A stretch of 44,357 nt of DNA, filler included, from Jimgerdemannia flammicorona (Eukaryota): assembly GCA_003990765.1 (NCBI GenBank). It is 2 parts of 2 records of this genome, joined end to end, with 100 filler letters (N's around TTAATTAATTAA, not from the genome) between each part and the next. Parts side by side here need not be neighbours in the genome. Positions count along the whole stretch, not along the records: positions 22,232 to 44,357 come from RBNJ01001331.1; 1 more part is not named here. One strand, written 5' to 3'. Below, in pieces: positions 22,330 through 36,492 of the stretch (position 1 is the stretch's first letter; each line of letters starts with the position of its first letter). Both the position numbers and the translations under genes were made by a program. Below the pieces are notes generated by a model, which saw only the letters and a list, made by a program, of their open reading frames with translations, made no database searches and was not told where the DNA came from.

Positions 22330-25300
22330 GGACCCCAACCCACCCACCACCCAGTCAACAGATCCCCCAACAGCCCCTCTCACCTCAACACCTTTTCTCG
22401 CAGCCCCAACTGCTGCCCCTCCTCAAATACAAAAAGCCAATGGCCCGCCAGGCCCACCCATACTGCTAACACCCACCCTACAGTAAGCCAACTATTATCC
22501 ACCCCACCCACAAGCCGAGATCTCAAGTCCTCCCAGCAACCCCCCTCCCCCACCAGTCTATGCCCCACACCCAGTCTATCCCCTATCTCAGCCCAATATT
22601 CCCCCAAAACTTCACACTCTCCCAGTCAATGTTCTGGTGTCTGTACATGACCCCCAGCTCGCCCAACATCGTAACACTCCTCACAGTCGAATTGTCCACC
22701 ATCTACCAAATGCTCTGTGCGGAAATTCAGTATGACATTCCTCCGCAACATTCTCCACCATATCACCCAGAACTTGAGAGGAAGCCACCACCATACCTCT
22801 ACACTCCAAGACCAGATACTGGCCCAGTCCCACTCCTCACTGATCCCTGCCACCTGCCACCCACTCAGCCAAAGATCCTGGCCCAGTCCCTGCTGACACT
22901 CTACTCCCTCCCCAATATCAAACATAGTGAGTGGAGCACCCCCCAGGAGCAGTCTATCCCAACACCACATACTAGGTCCCCACACTGTCTCCCCCTCATT
23001 GTCCTGCCAGCACAGGCCAATTTGGTGTGCCCCATCAGCCACACTCCACCAAAAGCCCTTGAACCACAGCCTCCTAATTTCATTCAGCCCCACCAAAGAG
23101 AGCAGATCTCCAGAGGATCCTCAAGGGGATGTTCGCATCTCCCATACCTTCTGCAGCAGAGGCACTCAACCTCCGCCCTGCAGTTCCACAGCTCTTTTCA
23201 ACCACCAGGCTCGCAAGCAATGCAGCCTCTTAGGGAAATCCACCAGGCCAAGACCACCCCTGACTACTGGTCTTGCAAGAGTATCCCAACTGACCTGAGA
23301 CCTCCTCCCCACCCAAATCCAATCCCTAGCCACCTTCATCAGCTTCTTCACCATCCACGCCAGGAAGTCGAGGTGATATGCCACATACCATAGCTTGGGG
23401 AACCAATATATATTCAGGATTAACACCTGCCCTGCTAGAGAGATATGGTGGCCTCCCCAGCTTTGAAGGGCCTCTCCCCAAATATTCACCCTGCTCTCTT
23501 ACCATACTCATGGTAAGACAGAACCATATATAGAGAGGAAGATACCCAGATACTGCACCACCTCACCAGTAGGGACAATTGTTCCAATGACGTCCCCACC
23601 CACTAGCCCATTCCCTAGCACCATCATCTCACACTTATGCCAGTTGAGCTTCACCCCTGAGTGAGCCTCATACCATTCCACAGTCTCCTGAAGTGCCTCC
23701 ACATCCACCACAGACCCAAGTCTAACCACCATATCATCAGCAAAGGCCCCCACCTTCTACACTATACTATAAATAGAGAGCCCTGCTACCTTCCGGCGAA
23801 TCCTATCCATCAATGGCTCCAGCGAAAGGGCATAGAGAATAGGAGACAGAGGGTCCCCCTGAGGAACTCCTCTTCCCAAGGAAAATGCCCTCCCACAGTG
23901 ACCATTACATGTCAGAGCTGCCCGACTGCTTTCCAGCAGACTCAACATTGAGACCCTAAATCTTGGGGGAACCCCAATTCGGTCCAATACCTTGCCCAGT
24001 CACACCCACCATACATGGTCATAGGCCTTCTCCTGGTCCAAAAAGACCAACCTTCCATCCAGTCCACAGGCCTGGGCCCCTTCAATGATACCATGAACTC
24101 ATGCAGTCCCATCTCTTATAAGTTGGCCCCCAACAAAGCCCCACTGCTCCTCCCCCAGCACCTGTTGGGCAACTTTCTGCAGCCTTGTAACAATCACTTT
24201 AGTCACCATCTTTCTATCTATGTCCAGAAGCATGATCGGCCTCCAGTTCTTCCAGTCTTCCCTCCTCCCCTTGTCTTTGTACAATAGGGCCACCAGTCCG
24301 AGATCCTGCTCTCCAACCCACTCACCACTCTGAAGGATATGGTCACAGAGAGCAGCCATCTCACCCAAAACTCCGGAGACATTTACCATCTTCTTCCAGA
24401 AGTCCCATGGCAATCCATCCTCCCCTGGTGCCATCCCAAGTTTAGTAGCTGCCAGGATACTCTGAATCTCCTCTCCCTGTACCGGTAAGATCAAGTCACC
24501 CAGTCCAGCTACCTGCAGTGGCCCCCACTCTTCTAGTGTATCCACAATCGCCATCTCATCAGCACCCCCTTCTCCCTCACTCCACAAGCCCTGCTATCTC
24601 TCCTTCAAAACCCCTAAGATTTGTTGTGTGCCATGTACCATATCCCCATCAGCATTCAGGACCCCATCCCACCGATGTCGCACTCTCCTAGCTTTGAGAA
24701 GTCTTGATAAGTACCTAGTAGGCTGCTCACCCTCCTCAAGTCCCTGCCACCTTAACCTAGCAGCCATGCCCTGCATATGGGTCTCCTCCTCTTCCCTCAA
24801 CACCTGTTGTAGTTCCACTATCTCCAATTTCACCCTCTCTATCCTCCAGTCCTCCACCCCATCAACAGTGAGCAAATCTGCCCAATCCAATTGTAGTCTC
24901 CTCAGCCTACTGGAAGCACACCTTGTGTGCCTCCTCCTCTACCTACTGGCCTCTCTACCAGCTCCTCCCCAATAAACTCTTACAGCCTCTTTCAATCTCA
25001 TCCAGTGGACAGCCACAGGCAAACCCTCACACCTCCAGTGAAAAACTTTTGCCTGAATGTCCTCCACCCACAATTCCCACAACCTCTTCTTGGACAGCAG
25101 GAAGGAGTTAAGGCGCCAATGTCCAGGTCCATCTCCACTCCCCCCAAACTGCCCCTGCCCCACCAGTCCCCAGTGATCAGACCATGGGCACCACTCCACT
25201 TCCAATGCCTTCCAAACATCCGAACCCCAGCACTCCACTGTCAGAATCCAGTCAATCCTTGTACCCAAGCCATTCACCCAATGTGTGTAGATCCTGGCAT

Positions 25301-25853
25301 CACCCCACTTTGTTCTGCCTATATCCCCCAAGGAGCTCAACACCTCCACCTCCTCCCATGCATCCAGACCTCCACTTCTACCCCTGACACTCCTCCCTCC
25401 ATCAGTTCTGTCCAGACACTGATCCCAAACTATATTAAAATCTCCACCAAGCACATCGACCCCTTCCTCCAGGAGAATACCCTCCTCCAGCAGCCCCCTA
25501 ATCCATGCAGTCCTCTCACCCCTATCTGCAGGGCAGTAGCAAGAGCCCACCTTCACTGATTCTCACCCTGGCCAATGCCAATCTCCCCAGACCAAGCGAT
25601 CGCCCCAGCTCCTGATTCCCCCCAAGTCTCCTCTGCTCTTCCTCACCAAAATCGCTACCTTTCCAAACCAAGCAGTAGCCCCATCCCATTTCCTAGTTCA
25701 CTCTACCTGATCATCCTCATCCTCACACTGAACATCCTGTAGTAAAAAGAGATCAGCCTCCAATCCCTTGAGCTAAGTAAAAATGTTCTTATGCTGCCCA
25801 GAGCCCCTTAACCTATTCACATTCAAGGAGAAAATGTTGGTTATACTGTTCAT
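22330..25853 (-). pseudogene. LINE ORF2: APE endonuclease, reverse transcriptase, C-terminal Cys/His finger (end approximate)
   Basis: SLNVNRL, LLQD, GGDFN, RIDWI, SDH (endonuclease). APGEDGLP, WRPIMLL, GVPQGDPLSPILY, AFADD, YLG (RT). CEEC...TPEH...EC (finger). Several stops and frameshifts. Confidence 0.92.
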
Positions 25854-25884
25854 AAAGAAAAATAATATATCATAGTCCCATCCT

Positions 25885-27918
25885 CTACAAGTCCGCACTC
25901 TGCTCCTCCTGCACCAAGTCTAAGTTACGTTCAGCAGCTAGTTCCCTCTCCCCAGCTTCTCTTGCTGCCAACTCTCCCAGAAGTTCCACCATTGCCCCAT
26001 CTTCATGCTCCTCAAAATCCTCACGATATTCTAGACAGGCCTTCTGCCAGAGCTGCAAACCATGACACTCTGCCCAGCAGTAGGCCACCTGCTCACCAGC
26101 AACCACCCCCAGCTCTGCCTTCCTCACCTCATCAACCTCATATCCCTCCTCCTCCATGAAAATTTCCAGAACCTCCACCTTCAGTGCCTCCACCATTCCA
26201 TCACCCTGCAGAATCTGTGCCCAATGCTCCTGAGGCATCGCCCACAGGTCCACTTCTCCCAAAGCTTCTGCTGCGAGATTATCCATCACCTTGCACATCC
26301 ACAACAAGTTCCCCACCTCCTTCCCTCCTGGAGTCCCTGGCTGCCCTGCATTCAGCATCGTAGTGTCAGCTCCTACACTGGCAGCCTCATTCCACTCCTT
26401 CTCAGGGACATCCACCAGCTCATCCTCACCAACTGCCACCACCTGACCCCCTTGCTCCACATCAGGGACCCCAAAGTGCACCTGCTGGGCCCCCTACATC
26501 TGTGTATCCTCCATTGCCTCTCTCTTTCCAATTGGGCCCCTCCTGATAAGAGGGGGGGGGGTGGCATCCAACTCCAGCTCCCACACTTCAAAGGTACCAT
26601 CAGCAAATGGGTCCTTGTTCAGCTTCTTCCCAGCCTCTGCCTCCTTCGCCTCCACCTCTTCTCCTTCTTTATCAGCCCAGATACTAGCCTTAACACCTCC
26701 AGACTTCTCAGCTCCAATCAACATCTTCTTTACCCCTTCTATCATACTTGCCAACAGTTCCCTCTGCCTCTTGCATCTCTGGGCCTGCTCCCACTGCTTC
26801 TTATCCATATGGATATGCCTCTTGCCCACAACCTCCAGATGCATCGACTCCTCATACAGTTTCCAGGCCTTCATCCTCCTCTCCACAGTACCACTCAACT
26901 CCTCCAGCACCTCCAACAAGTTCTCCTCCTCCTCCTCACTCCCTTTCACCCTCGACACCTTGCAGACAATGGCCCCCCACATCAGCACTGAGGGCCAGTC
27001 ACTTGTCTTCCCTGTAGCCTCCTTCCCTGCCAACTGAATCCTGACATTGACATCGCCCATCCTAAAAGATGTCCCCTCCCACAACTGAAAGCCAATGTCC
27101 ACCACATCACCATACTCGACCATCACCTCTTCTACCCTCCTCCTAGTCTCCTCCTTAGTCACTGTGAGCACTCCTCTCACCAGAAGCTGCACCACTCTGG
27201 GGTCCCACCTTAAGCACCTCACCATAGAGACCACCACCTCCCCCACCACCACCCCAGTCTTCATCGCCTCATCCAGTGGGCCCGCCTCCTCAAAGCCCAC
27301 CTCAACCCCTTCCAGTCCCTTCAAAAACTTCACTGAGGCCACCCCAGCCACCTGCTTCGAAATCAGCCCCAGCACTATCCTCACCATTACTGCCAAGCCA
27401 CAGAAGCACAAGGTAACTGTGAACTCCGAGATTGACTTCTTGAGCAATAGGGCCACTGCCAGTCCCGTTACACCATCTGCCAGGTCCCCCTTCTGCATCG
27501 AGAACCCCTGCCCCCCCTGACTATCAGCCGTCACATCTCATTTTTTTTTCTGATTTGCCATCATGCCACCATCAGCAGTCCTGCCACTACCTCCAGCAGT
27601 CCCTTCACTTCCCCCACCTCCTGCCAGCGAAGGCCCAGCTCCCCCAGCATTCTCATCCTTCTGCTTCCCCTTCCCTCCTACCTGTCCACCATGAGTGCCC
27701 ATCAGCCAGCCCCCATCCCTCAGCATGTCTGCAAAGCTCCTCCCCTGCTTCTCTCCAGCCCCCCCACCAGTGCCACCTCCACTACCCGAGCTGCCCTGCC
27801 CACTCAAGCTACCCAAAGACCCCATTCCCAATCCATACCCTCTCCCGACATGCTGCCAGTTGAAGGCCCCAGGTCCACCTGACCTAGTACATATGTCAGC
27901 TTGCTTGCTGGTTGACAT
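25885..27918 (-). pseudogene. LINE ORF1 (~680 codons, two internal stops)
   Basis: ORF pieces 27538-27939, 26494-27534 and 25885-26481 are in the same frame. Gly-rich N-terminus, RRM-like segment (VQLLVRGV...YGDVVDI...GDVNVRI) and acidic/coiled C-terminus. Confidence 0.7.
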
Positions 27919-28013
27919 CTCCTTAATCTCTTTCTCCAATAAATGATTTGAAAGTGTGTTGGAAAGTATGTGTAACGTGAATTATAGCAGAGAGAGATGG
28001 CTTCTTCTTTTTG

Positions 28014-28396
28014 GAGAGAGCCAATCCCAGTTGTAGGATAAAAATCACAAACAAACATAAACAAAACAAATCCAAATTGAGATTAAAAAACATTCTTACC
28101 CCCTCTGGAGTCTCATGCTCACTCTGGGGTCTCAGTCTTCACTCTACTCCCCTCTACTGCCTTTGACCCCTCACTTCACTTGAGCTTACTCTGGGGTCTC
28201 AGCCTTTACTCTACTCCCCTCTACTGCCTTTAGCCTCTTACTTTACTTGGACTTACTGTGGCTTACTCTGTTTTGGCCTCACCCCTCACTCACACTCACT
28301 CCTCTGGAGTCTGCAGATGTTTTTTAATCTCAATTTGGATTTGTTTTATTTGTATTTATTTGTGATTTTTATCCTACAACTGAGATTAGCTCTCTC
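28014..28396. repeat. 80-bp inverted repeat (28014-28093 / 28317-28396) enclosing two 67-bp tandem units
   Basis: Arms differ by ~6 transitions. Tandem units at 28118-28184 and 28185-28251. Direct repeat cctctggagtct at 28102 and 28301. Confidence 0.9.
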
Positions 28397-28599
28397 TTTA
28401 TCTCTACTTATCTCCAGTAATCATGTGGTTCCTAATTCAGTTACTCCTATGTTGTGGTATATCTTTTCTTTTGAGATATCATATTTTGTATATAAGGATC
28501 ATACTTTTGCATGGCAATAAACAGTTGATGCATTTTTGGTTATATTCTTTATTTGTCCCCCTTATATATGCCTTTCTATATATCTTCTGTCTGCTTTGA

Positions 28600-30400
28600 T
28601 CATAGCTCTGGATTTATTCTCCTGGCTCCCACTGGGCCTTCTTCTTCCACTAATATTCATTAAGTAGTACTTCTATATCTCATTACTAGTTCAGACTGAA
28701 AAAATACTTGCAGATTAAGATATACTATTAACTCAATTTAATAAACTAAAAGAACAGTTCATAGAGATCTTATCAAGTTTGTTGAACTTTGAAAAACTTT
28801 ACTCTCTGTAGCATATTTCTGAGTCAACTTGAACATTTAGTATACTAGATAATACTGATATAGAGTTAACTAAACATCAATATTGTATGGAAGTTAAGAT
28901 ATTATATCAATAAACAAATAAATATAATTCTCTCTCTAAGTTGTCAAGTTTGTAAAGTACTGAACAGCACTTAAGAATAAGCTTAATCATGTTACAACAA
29001 GCAAGTTTGTGGACATCTCAAGCTCACTAATAACTGAGAAATACTAGTATCTGAGTGCTAGTATCTCTGAAGGTATACTCTATATCAATAAAGTTTCCAA
29101 ATTTTTTGGGCTATATATATGACCTTGAACTTGCCACTTAGATGTTTTTTCATAACTTCCAGTTTATATCTAAAATGAATATCATTATCAAGTGAATAGA
29201 AAGAATCTTCTCAAACTTTCAAATCCAACAGTAAGTTATTTATACTAAACCAGCCTATGAACTTTTTTTATGATATTTCTAATACATATCTCTCCTTGAT
29301 CTCTATAGATTGATGTCTTTACTACTTTATCAATTGGAGTTTATGACCCATTTATGGATACAAAATTAGGTTTGGCTATATTTTACCAACTTGTTCACTG
29401 TAAGTGATAGTTCTACAAGAGTCTACAATATAACTAGGTAGTATTGTATGATCTCATAGATAAGCAGTTTGAGATAAGACAAGGTATAGATAAATATCTT
29501 TTTACCCAAGTTTGCCTTCTTTTCAAAATTGAGCATAATCACTAAGTTCATCAACTTGTATACTTGGAGTAGTACAATATAGTAGATATTAAGAATTCTA
29601 GTACTAAAAACATGGTCTCTCATAATTGTGAGACAGGAATAGCTATTACTATATAGACTGGGCAATTCAATATTATATCTATAATGTAATTGTTTATATA
29701 ATATATATGTAACCCTTGTTTGAGAAATGTGATTCAGCAAGAAAGTACTTAGTGAGTGGATTGAATATATATTCTTTTTATTTATATATATTTTATTTGT
29801 AAACATATAGTTAGACTAAATAGCCAAATATATAGACCAAAAATACAATTATACAAACTTGGCATTACTTGTAATTGTAACCAGTTTTCATTCAAGAAGT
29901 GTGTAGTAATATTAGGAGTATATATTCAATAATGAATTATGAATAATACAAGAGTCTATAGATTATTAAAACCAAATCTTTATTGACATAAATTGAGATT
30001 TTTGTACATAGTATTTGTGGTATTTATTGTTCATAGTATTCATAGTATAGTAGTATTCATAATATAGATCATAGATTTATTACAGATATATTTCACATAG
30101 TAAATATATCTCATCTTTTTATATTCAAGTTAAATCTCATTTACTTACTTCTTGTAGATAGTAAATCTAATTTGGCATTAGGTGAGAAGTTATATCACAA
30201 ATCTGATATACTTCTTTGACTATATTGTTTTGCTTTTAGTTTTTTTCACTTTTAGTAAGATAAGATGGTACTTTTTTGACCAGTTGGGCAATTATTATTT
30301 CTCATCTTTTTTCAGTCTTACATATTGCACTAAATTTATTTATTATATTATAATTTTTTACTAAATAGATAATTTTCTATAATAACATCTTTGGAGGTAG
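28600..30400 (-). mobile_element. Heavily degraded coding relic, possibly a Mutator-like (MULE) transposase
   Basis: Fragments PNFVSINGS...EICIRNIIKK (~29260-29380) and LQRY*H...MSTNL (~29000-29075) resemble the MULE P-x-x-x-x-x-D...CxxH and W...TN motifs after transitions. No TIRs found. Confidence 0.3.
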
Positions 30401-31486
30401 TATTGGTAGCATATTTATACAATTCAGAGTATATTCTGATTGAGTTTGTTGGCTCTGAGTTTTGTTCAGAAACTACATCTTGAGCTTATCTAAGGGCAAT
30501 ATTAATTTATTTAAGTATTTTATTGACTTTGTTAGTCTGTTTGGCTTTTTAGAAGTTGCTGTCACTTTTGGTATTTAGCATTTTGTTTGGTGCTAACAGT
30601 AGTTTTTCATTTCATCAAGATTTATTCTTTATCATCAGAGGACTCTTCATCACTAGCTAGAGGTGGTAATGGTATTATTTCAGTTTTACTTATATAAAAC
30701 AATCCTTTATTGGCTATAATTTATATTTTTTTTCCATCTTATCTATATAATAATAAACATCTGGATTTTATTGATAATATTAAGAATATTATTTGAGAAA
30801 TTAGAATGGTTGAGTCACAGATTTATTCTGCTAATAAATATTATTTGATTATCTTTTTTCTTATCCAGATAGTCATACTTACTAGTTCCAAACTAAGTCT
30901 TAAATTTCTAAACTAAATTGCTAAGAATACAGACAGAAAGTATAATATATGAACTATAATTTCATGATACAAATTTGAATAACTGCAGACATGAACTAGT
31001 AGATGCTAATAGATTTATTTTCTTGAAGACAGCTATATAAACTAAATAATAAGTATACAGATAGAAATATATAGTAATATGAACTAAATAGCTGTAAACT
31101 TGAACTATATTAAATAACATAAACTCAAATAGCTATTGTGACGTATGGTATGAAATAGAAACAGGAAATAGACATTTGATCATAGTACCTGAATCCAATT
31201 TCCGATTTAGTATAGTCTTTTACTGCGGACACTGCATCTAAAACATTATCAGTGAAACTCTTGTTACTTTCACGAATTTCAGATAGGATTTCACATGAGA
31301 TTCTACCTGAGAATTTCACATGAAAAGACTTAATACTTAGCCACATATTTAGTAGCAGAATTAGCGCACAAATCTGTATAAATAATCAGTATTTTAGAAT
31401 AAACCTCAGTCAGAACGAGTCAGATCAAACCAGTCCAATTCCAAAATCCATCCAACTTACTAAATTCCGCGTCCACTACGTTACAC

Positions 31487-32954
31487 TATAAATATAAACT
31501 AGTAAATACAAACTGAAGTTTTTTTTCCTGATAAATTACTTAGTTATTTGTTAAGAACTTATTTCTTAAATAGTTCTACCAAGATTCTATTGATTACTAA
31601 TCAATGATTAGTAACTCTTTATAATATTCTACTAAGTTCTACTAAGTATAACTCATTACTTAGTATCTAGCTTAGTAATATTCTATTTGTTTCTTCTTCT
31701 TTCTATTTCTCTTATATAAATATCTTTTTAAAATATCTCAATAAAGCTCAGTTTAGTTAGTTATTATATATTTACTTAAATCTCCTAAAGGTAATTAAAC
31801 TTCTCAAGTTTCATTTCTTAAATCTAGTTATATATTTCTATTTAGACATTTACTAACATATAGTCTAAAGCCTTAGATTTTATCTGACTTAACTATATTG
31901 AAGCACTCTTGTACTTCAATAAGCATAATTATTCTCTATAATATATATATTAATTATAATTAATAGTAGTAAAAAAGTTAAATCTCACTCCTTTACTAGA
32001 ATAAATTCTTTTCAATATTATAGCCTCTATAGAAGATATATGTATAACAGCTCTAAGAACAAATAGTACAGCTGATACAGGTCTATTAAGAGATACAAGT
32101 AAAGATATAAGTAATAGAGACAGTATCAGGTTCTAATGATAAAGAACTAATAGCAGATCTCTTTATTAAAAATAAAAAGACTCACCTCAAGTTACCACTA
32201 CCTGAACCCTATAATAGAAAAAGTAGTAATGTTGAAACCTGACTCTTCAATCTGAATTAGTACTTAGCAATAATATATATATCAAATGAGATATCAGTTG
32301 CTTATACAGAAGTACTACTATATATGAGGAGATATAGCTATTTGATAGAAAACAAAAGTCCAAATAGTCAGAGATGAAGAGAAAGACCTCTCAGACTAGG
32401 ATAAGTTTTAAGATTAACTTATATAGTAGTTCAAGCCCATTAATTCAAAAAAGATAGCCAGAGACAAGTTGGCATCTCTGTGATAAATAGGATTAGTTAA
32501 GATCTATACTACTATCTTCATGAGTATAGTCTTAGAGATTAATGATATTAACAAAGCTAAAAGCTTAATATATAGATATATACAGAGACTCAAGGATTAC
32601 ACTAGATAAGAAGTAGAACTATAAGATTCAAATACTATTAAAGAAGCAATATTGATTACTAACTACTTTAATATAATATCTTTTGGAAGAAACAATTTTT
32701 CTAAATAACTCAAAAAATCCCAACAAGGATACAAATACTCTAAAAAGATTGCAGGCTCTGCTCTAATAGACCTAGATATTATTACTAAATCAAGACTTAT
32801 ACTAGAAAAAAAGGAAAAATTACATAAAAGTAAAGCCTATTTCTACTACTGAGAAGAAGGACACATTGCTGCCAAATGCTCAAGAAAGATCAAGAATAAA
32901 ATATAAATAAAAAAGGCCCTGACAATTACTAAGAAGAAAATAGTAATACCTATT
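31487..32954 (+). mobile_element. Very degraded Gypsy element D: probable 5' LTR (~31487-31958) and gag, cut by element B
   Basis: Gag remnants FKPINSKKIARDKL, EVEL, GSALIDLD and knuckle YFYY*EEGHIAAKC are homologous to element A gag. LTR limits are approximate. Confidence 0.7.
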
Positions 32955-35900
32955 TATAATGGTTCTAGTTTCTTTAAGAGGAAGTAGCTAAATCTAGAAG
33001 TTCTAGTAAGTCTAAAGTAGCTTGAAGAGATACTTAAAGATTCAAGTATTCTTAAAGAATTTCTAGGAGAAAATATTCTAAGCTTTATTCAGATAGAGAA
33101 TATAGATATTTATATATAATTTGAAAAAAAGATCTGAAAGAATCTTGAAAAGAAAGAAAAATACCAAGAAATAGATTCTTGGCAAAGCTGATTAATATAA
33201 TTCTACAATATTTCAAAAAGTTCTATAACTAGCTAAAATAAGATACTTGGTACTGAGGAAAGACAAGAATGTTCTAATAGTGTCTAGACACTGAGAGGAG
33301 ATTTTCAAGCAAGTAGAAGGTGCTGAAACATAGTAGAATGTTCAAGAAATAATAAGAAAAGACTAGCTAAAAGATATATACAAAAATATACTAAGACTAA
33401 ATATGACTGTAAAATTGTTACATCTCTTCCTCCTTAAGAACCAACATCTTTAATAAGTTCTTAGGTAACATAAGACTAGATATACTTAACCAAAATTTCT
33501 CAAACTTGTATTGGCACATTGGTGAAGATTAGCTACTCTCATATAGAGCAGAGGACCTATTACCAGACTAATCAACATAGAGAGATTCAAATCTAGCTAG
33601 TAGCTTTATTTTTAGTAGACTTCTTGTTTATTAAATATTCTGCTAGTTCTGAGGTCCCAAAGTAAACTTCTGATGCATAAGACACTGGTTATTACTATAG
33701 ATCATCAATAATCCAAAGAAGTCACTATAGGAATTAGGTAATATATTTTGTCTTAAAGTCTTAAACTAGATCTTGAGAGTTCTTAAGATTGACCAATAGT
33801 TCTCAGATAGTATCATATTTAGGGTAGCCCATCCACTTAACTAGATATTCAGGACAGCAGTAATAGATTCATTTGTTAAGGATTTTCTCAGCTTTATACT
33901 CAATATGATCTTTAATAATCACAGGAGTAGATGGCTTGAGAATTCAACCAGAATAGAGTAGTGACTGGTTCTAGGTCTTAAGGTGTGATACATAAAAGAC
34001 TAGGTATACTCTCATGGTTTCAGGTAGCTTGAGATAGTAGGAGAATGTAAAGACTTATTTGATAATTTCAAAAGATCCAATATACTTAAATTGGAACTTG
34101 TTTGACAGACAATTGACTTGAGATTGTATCTTGAGATTTTTGGTAAAAAGTAGGACTTGATCTCTAATAGTATAAGTGATATTGTGGTATTTCTTATCAG
34201 TATACTTAGCTTGATGTTGTTTGGCTTTCTGAAGATTCACAGTGGCAATCTTAAGTAGTTTGTCCATTTTATCTATAAGGCTCTTAGCAGTAGAAACTTA
34301 TATTTGACTGTTTTTTTTTTTGAAAGAAACTAGACTTATAGAGGTCTTAGAATCTTGACCATGGAGTAACCAAAAAAGAGAAAGGCCAGTAGATGATTAG
34401 ACAGTATTATTGTATACAAACTCCATATAAGTCAGATAGTAGTCCCAATTATCTTGCTTATAATAAATATAGTTTCTAAGCATCTGTTCTAGAGTTCTAT
34501 TCATATACTCAATTTGTCCATCAGTTTGTAGATAGAAGGCAGTAGATATAGCCAATTGGGTTCCCAGAGTCTTGAAGAGAGTTTACCAAAGTAACTAGTG
34601 AACTTGGGGTCATGATCACTGATAATTACTTGTGGTAGACTATAGTCTTGATCAGGTAGTCAATGAATATGATGATAGCATTAGTACCAGATTGAGTTCA
34701 TGGTAGTTAAGTTATAAAGTCTATTGTAACTTGCTCAAATTTCTTGATGGAAATTGGCAGTAGTTATATATAGCAAACTAGCTAGTGTTTGGTTAGTAGA
34801 CTTGTTGCACTGATATAGATCACAGCTAGTAATATAGTTCTTGATTTCCTTAATTATACTTGGTTAATAATAGTGGTATTGGATGTTCTTAACAGTTTTC
34901 TCAATTCTAAGATAATTGGTGAGAAGAGAGTCATAGTATTCTTACAAAATCTTATAATATAGGTTCATGTTTTCAGATAGATAGACTTGATCTTAATAAT
35001 AGATCAGGTTGTTCTTGACAGTATATATATCCTTGAGCTCATTTGAGAAAATTCTAATAGTGACTATATCTTCTTTGTAAGCTTGTCTAATTTGATCTGA
35101 AAATTCTGATACCAAGGTGACTTGTATGATTGTGGTAAGGTCTGGGCATTATAATAAGATATCTGGTACTGTAAGTATCTTTTCAGGCTTGTAGATGATC
35201 ATTGGGTTGAAGGTTTGAAGCTTAAGGCTCTATTTGGCTTGTAAATATAACAGAGTAGATTGGGTGTTAATGTACTTGAGAGATTAATGGTCAGTAATGA
35301 CATTAAACTCAATACTTTCTAGGTAATATCATCAGTAGTCTAGTACATATATTATTACCAGTAGTTTCTTCTTGTAGGTGACTAGCTTTTATTTAGCTAG
35401 GGCCAGCTTGTGGGACTCAAAAGCAATAGAGCAATGTCCTTTATCATCATCTTATAACAGAACTGCTCCAATAGTAAAATTCAATATATTGGTAGTGACT
35501 ATGAATTTTAGGCTTTGATCTGCATTATACAGGACTAGAGTATAGATCAGACAGTTCTTGAGTTCTTAAAAGACTTGTTGACAGAAGAGATCTCAGATGT
35601 AGAATATATAGCAATCTGAGTATAAAACCTTTCTCATGAGGTTAGTCAGTAGCTCAGCAATACCAGATAAGTTTCTGACAAAGTAACAGTAGTAGCCAGC
35701 TAGATCAAGGAAGAATTGGAGTTCTATAAGGTTTAATAGAATAGGCTATTCTTGAATTGCCTCTATCTTATGTGGGTCTACTTGAATTCTTTGTGCAGAG
35801 ACAATATAGCCAAGATATTTAACTTATTCTTTGAAGAATTCATACTTCTTGAGCTTGTCATAAAGCTTGTATTTTTACAGGATCTCCAGAACTATTCAAA

Positions 35901-36492
35901 TATATTCAAGGTATTCTTCTTTAGTTATACTAAAGATCAGAATATTATTAAGATATACTAATAGGAAAATAAATAGTTAGTTCTTGAATATCTTGTTCAT
36001 TAAGATCTAAATTATAGTAGATATATTGGTAAGACCAAATACTAAGACTAAAAATTCATAGAGTACAAAGGAAGTTATAAATGCAGTCTTGGAAATATCT
36101 TCTGACTTAATTCAGATCTGGTAGTATTCTGATATGAGGTCTAACTTGGTGAAGTACTTGGCATTCTTGAGAGTATCAAAGATTTGATCAATTAAGAGTA
36201 GTAGATAGCAGTTCTTGATAGTAAGCTTGTTGAGTATATAGCAGTCTATGCATATTTACAGAGTATTATCCTTCTTCTTAATAAATAAGACTAGTAAATC
36301 ATAAGGAGATTTGCTTGGCTGAATAGCTCCTCATGCAAGTAGTTCTTCTAGTTTCTTCTTAACTGCTTCAATTTTGAGTGGTGACATACAGTATATATAT
36401 TTCTTGGTTAGTACAGCTCCTGGGATCAGTTTGATTTCATAATTAACTTCTTATATAGGTAGTAGACCAGATAGCTTGTCTGGAAAGATATC
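32955..36492 (-). mobile_element. Gypsy chromovirus element B (relative of A): 3' LTR 32955-33422, PPT, chromodomain, IN, RH, RT; cut by element C
   Basis: LTR begins like that of A (tataatggttctagtttct) and ends TGTTACA. PPT at 33423-33434. pol is collinear with element A until it stops abruptly at 36492. Confidence 0.9.

Larger units (their letters stand above)
22232..28093 (-). mobile_element. Near full-length non-LTR retrotransposon (L1/Tx1-like layout: ORF1 + APE endonuclease-RT ORF2); 3' end lost in the gap
   Basis: Two large disrupted ORFs, strong G-rich strand skew and CpG depletion. Confidence 0.9.

Noticed and set aside
22560..27520. Long plus-strand Pro/His/Leu-rich ORFs (e.g. 22560-23393, 26062-26991)
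   Set aside because: Antisense shadows of the G-rich LINE ORFs.
31125..31486. CpG-retaining patch with short repeats and a CACTAC motif (possible DNA transposon end)
   Set aside because: No matching opposite terminus or TSD in the window.
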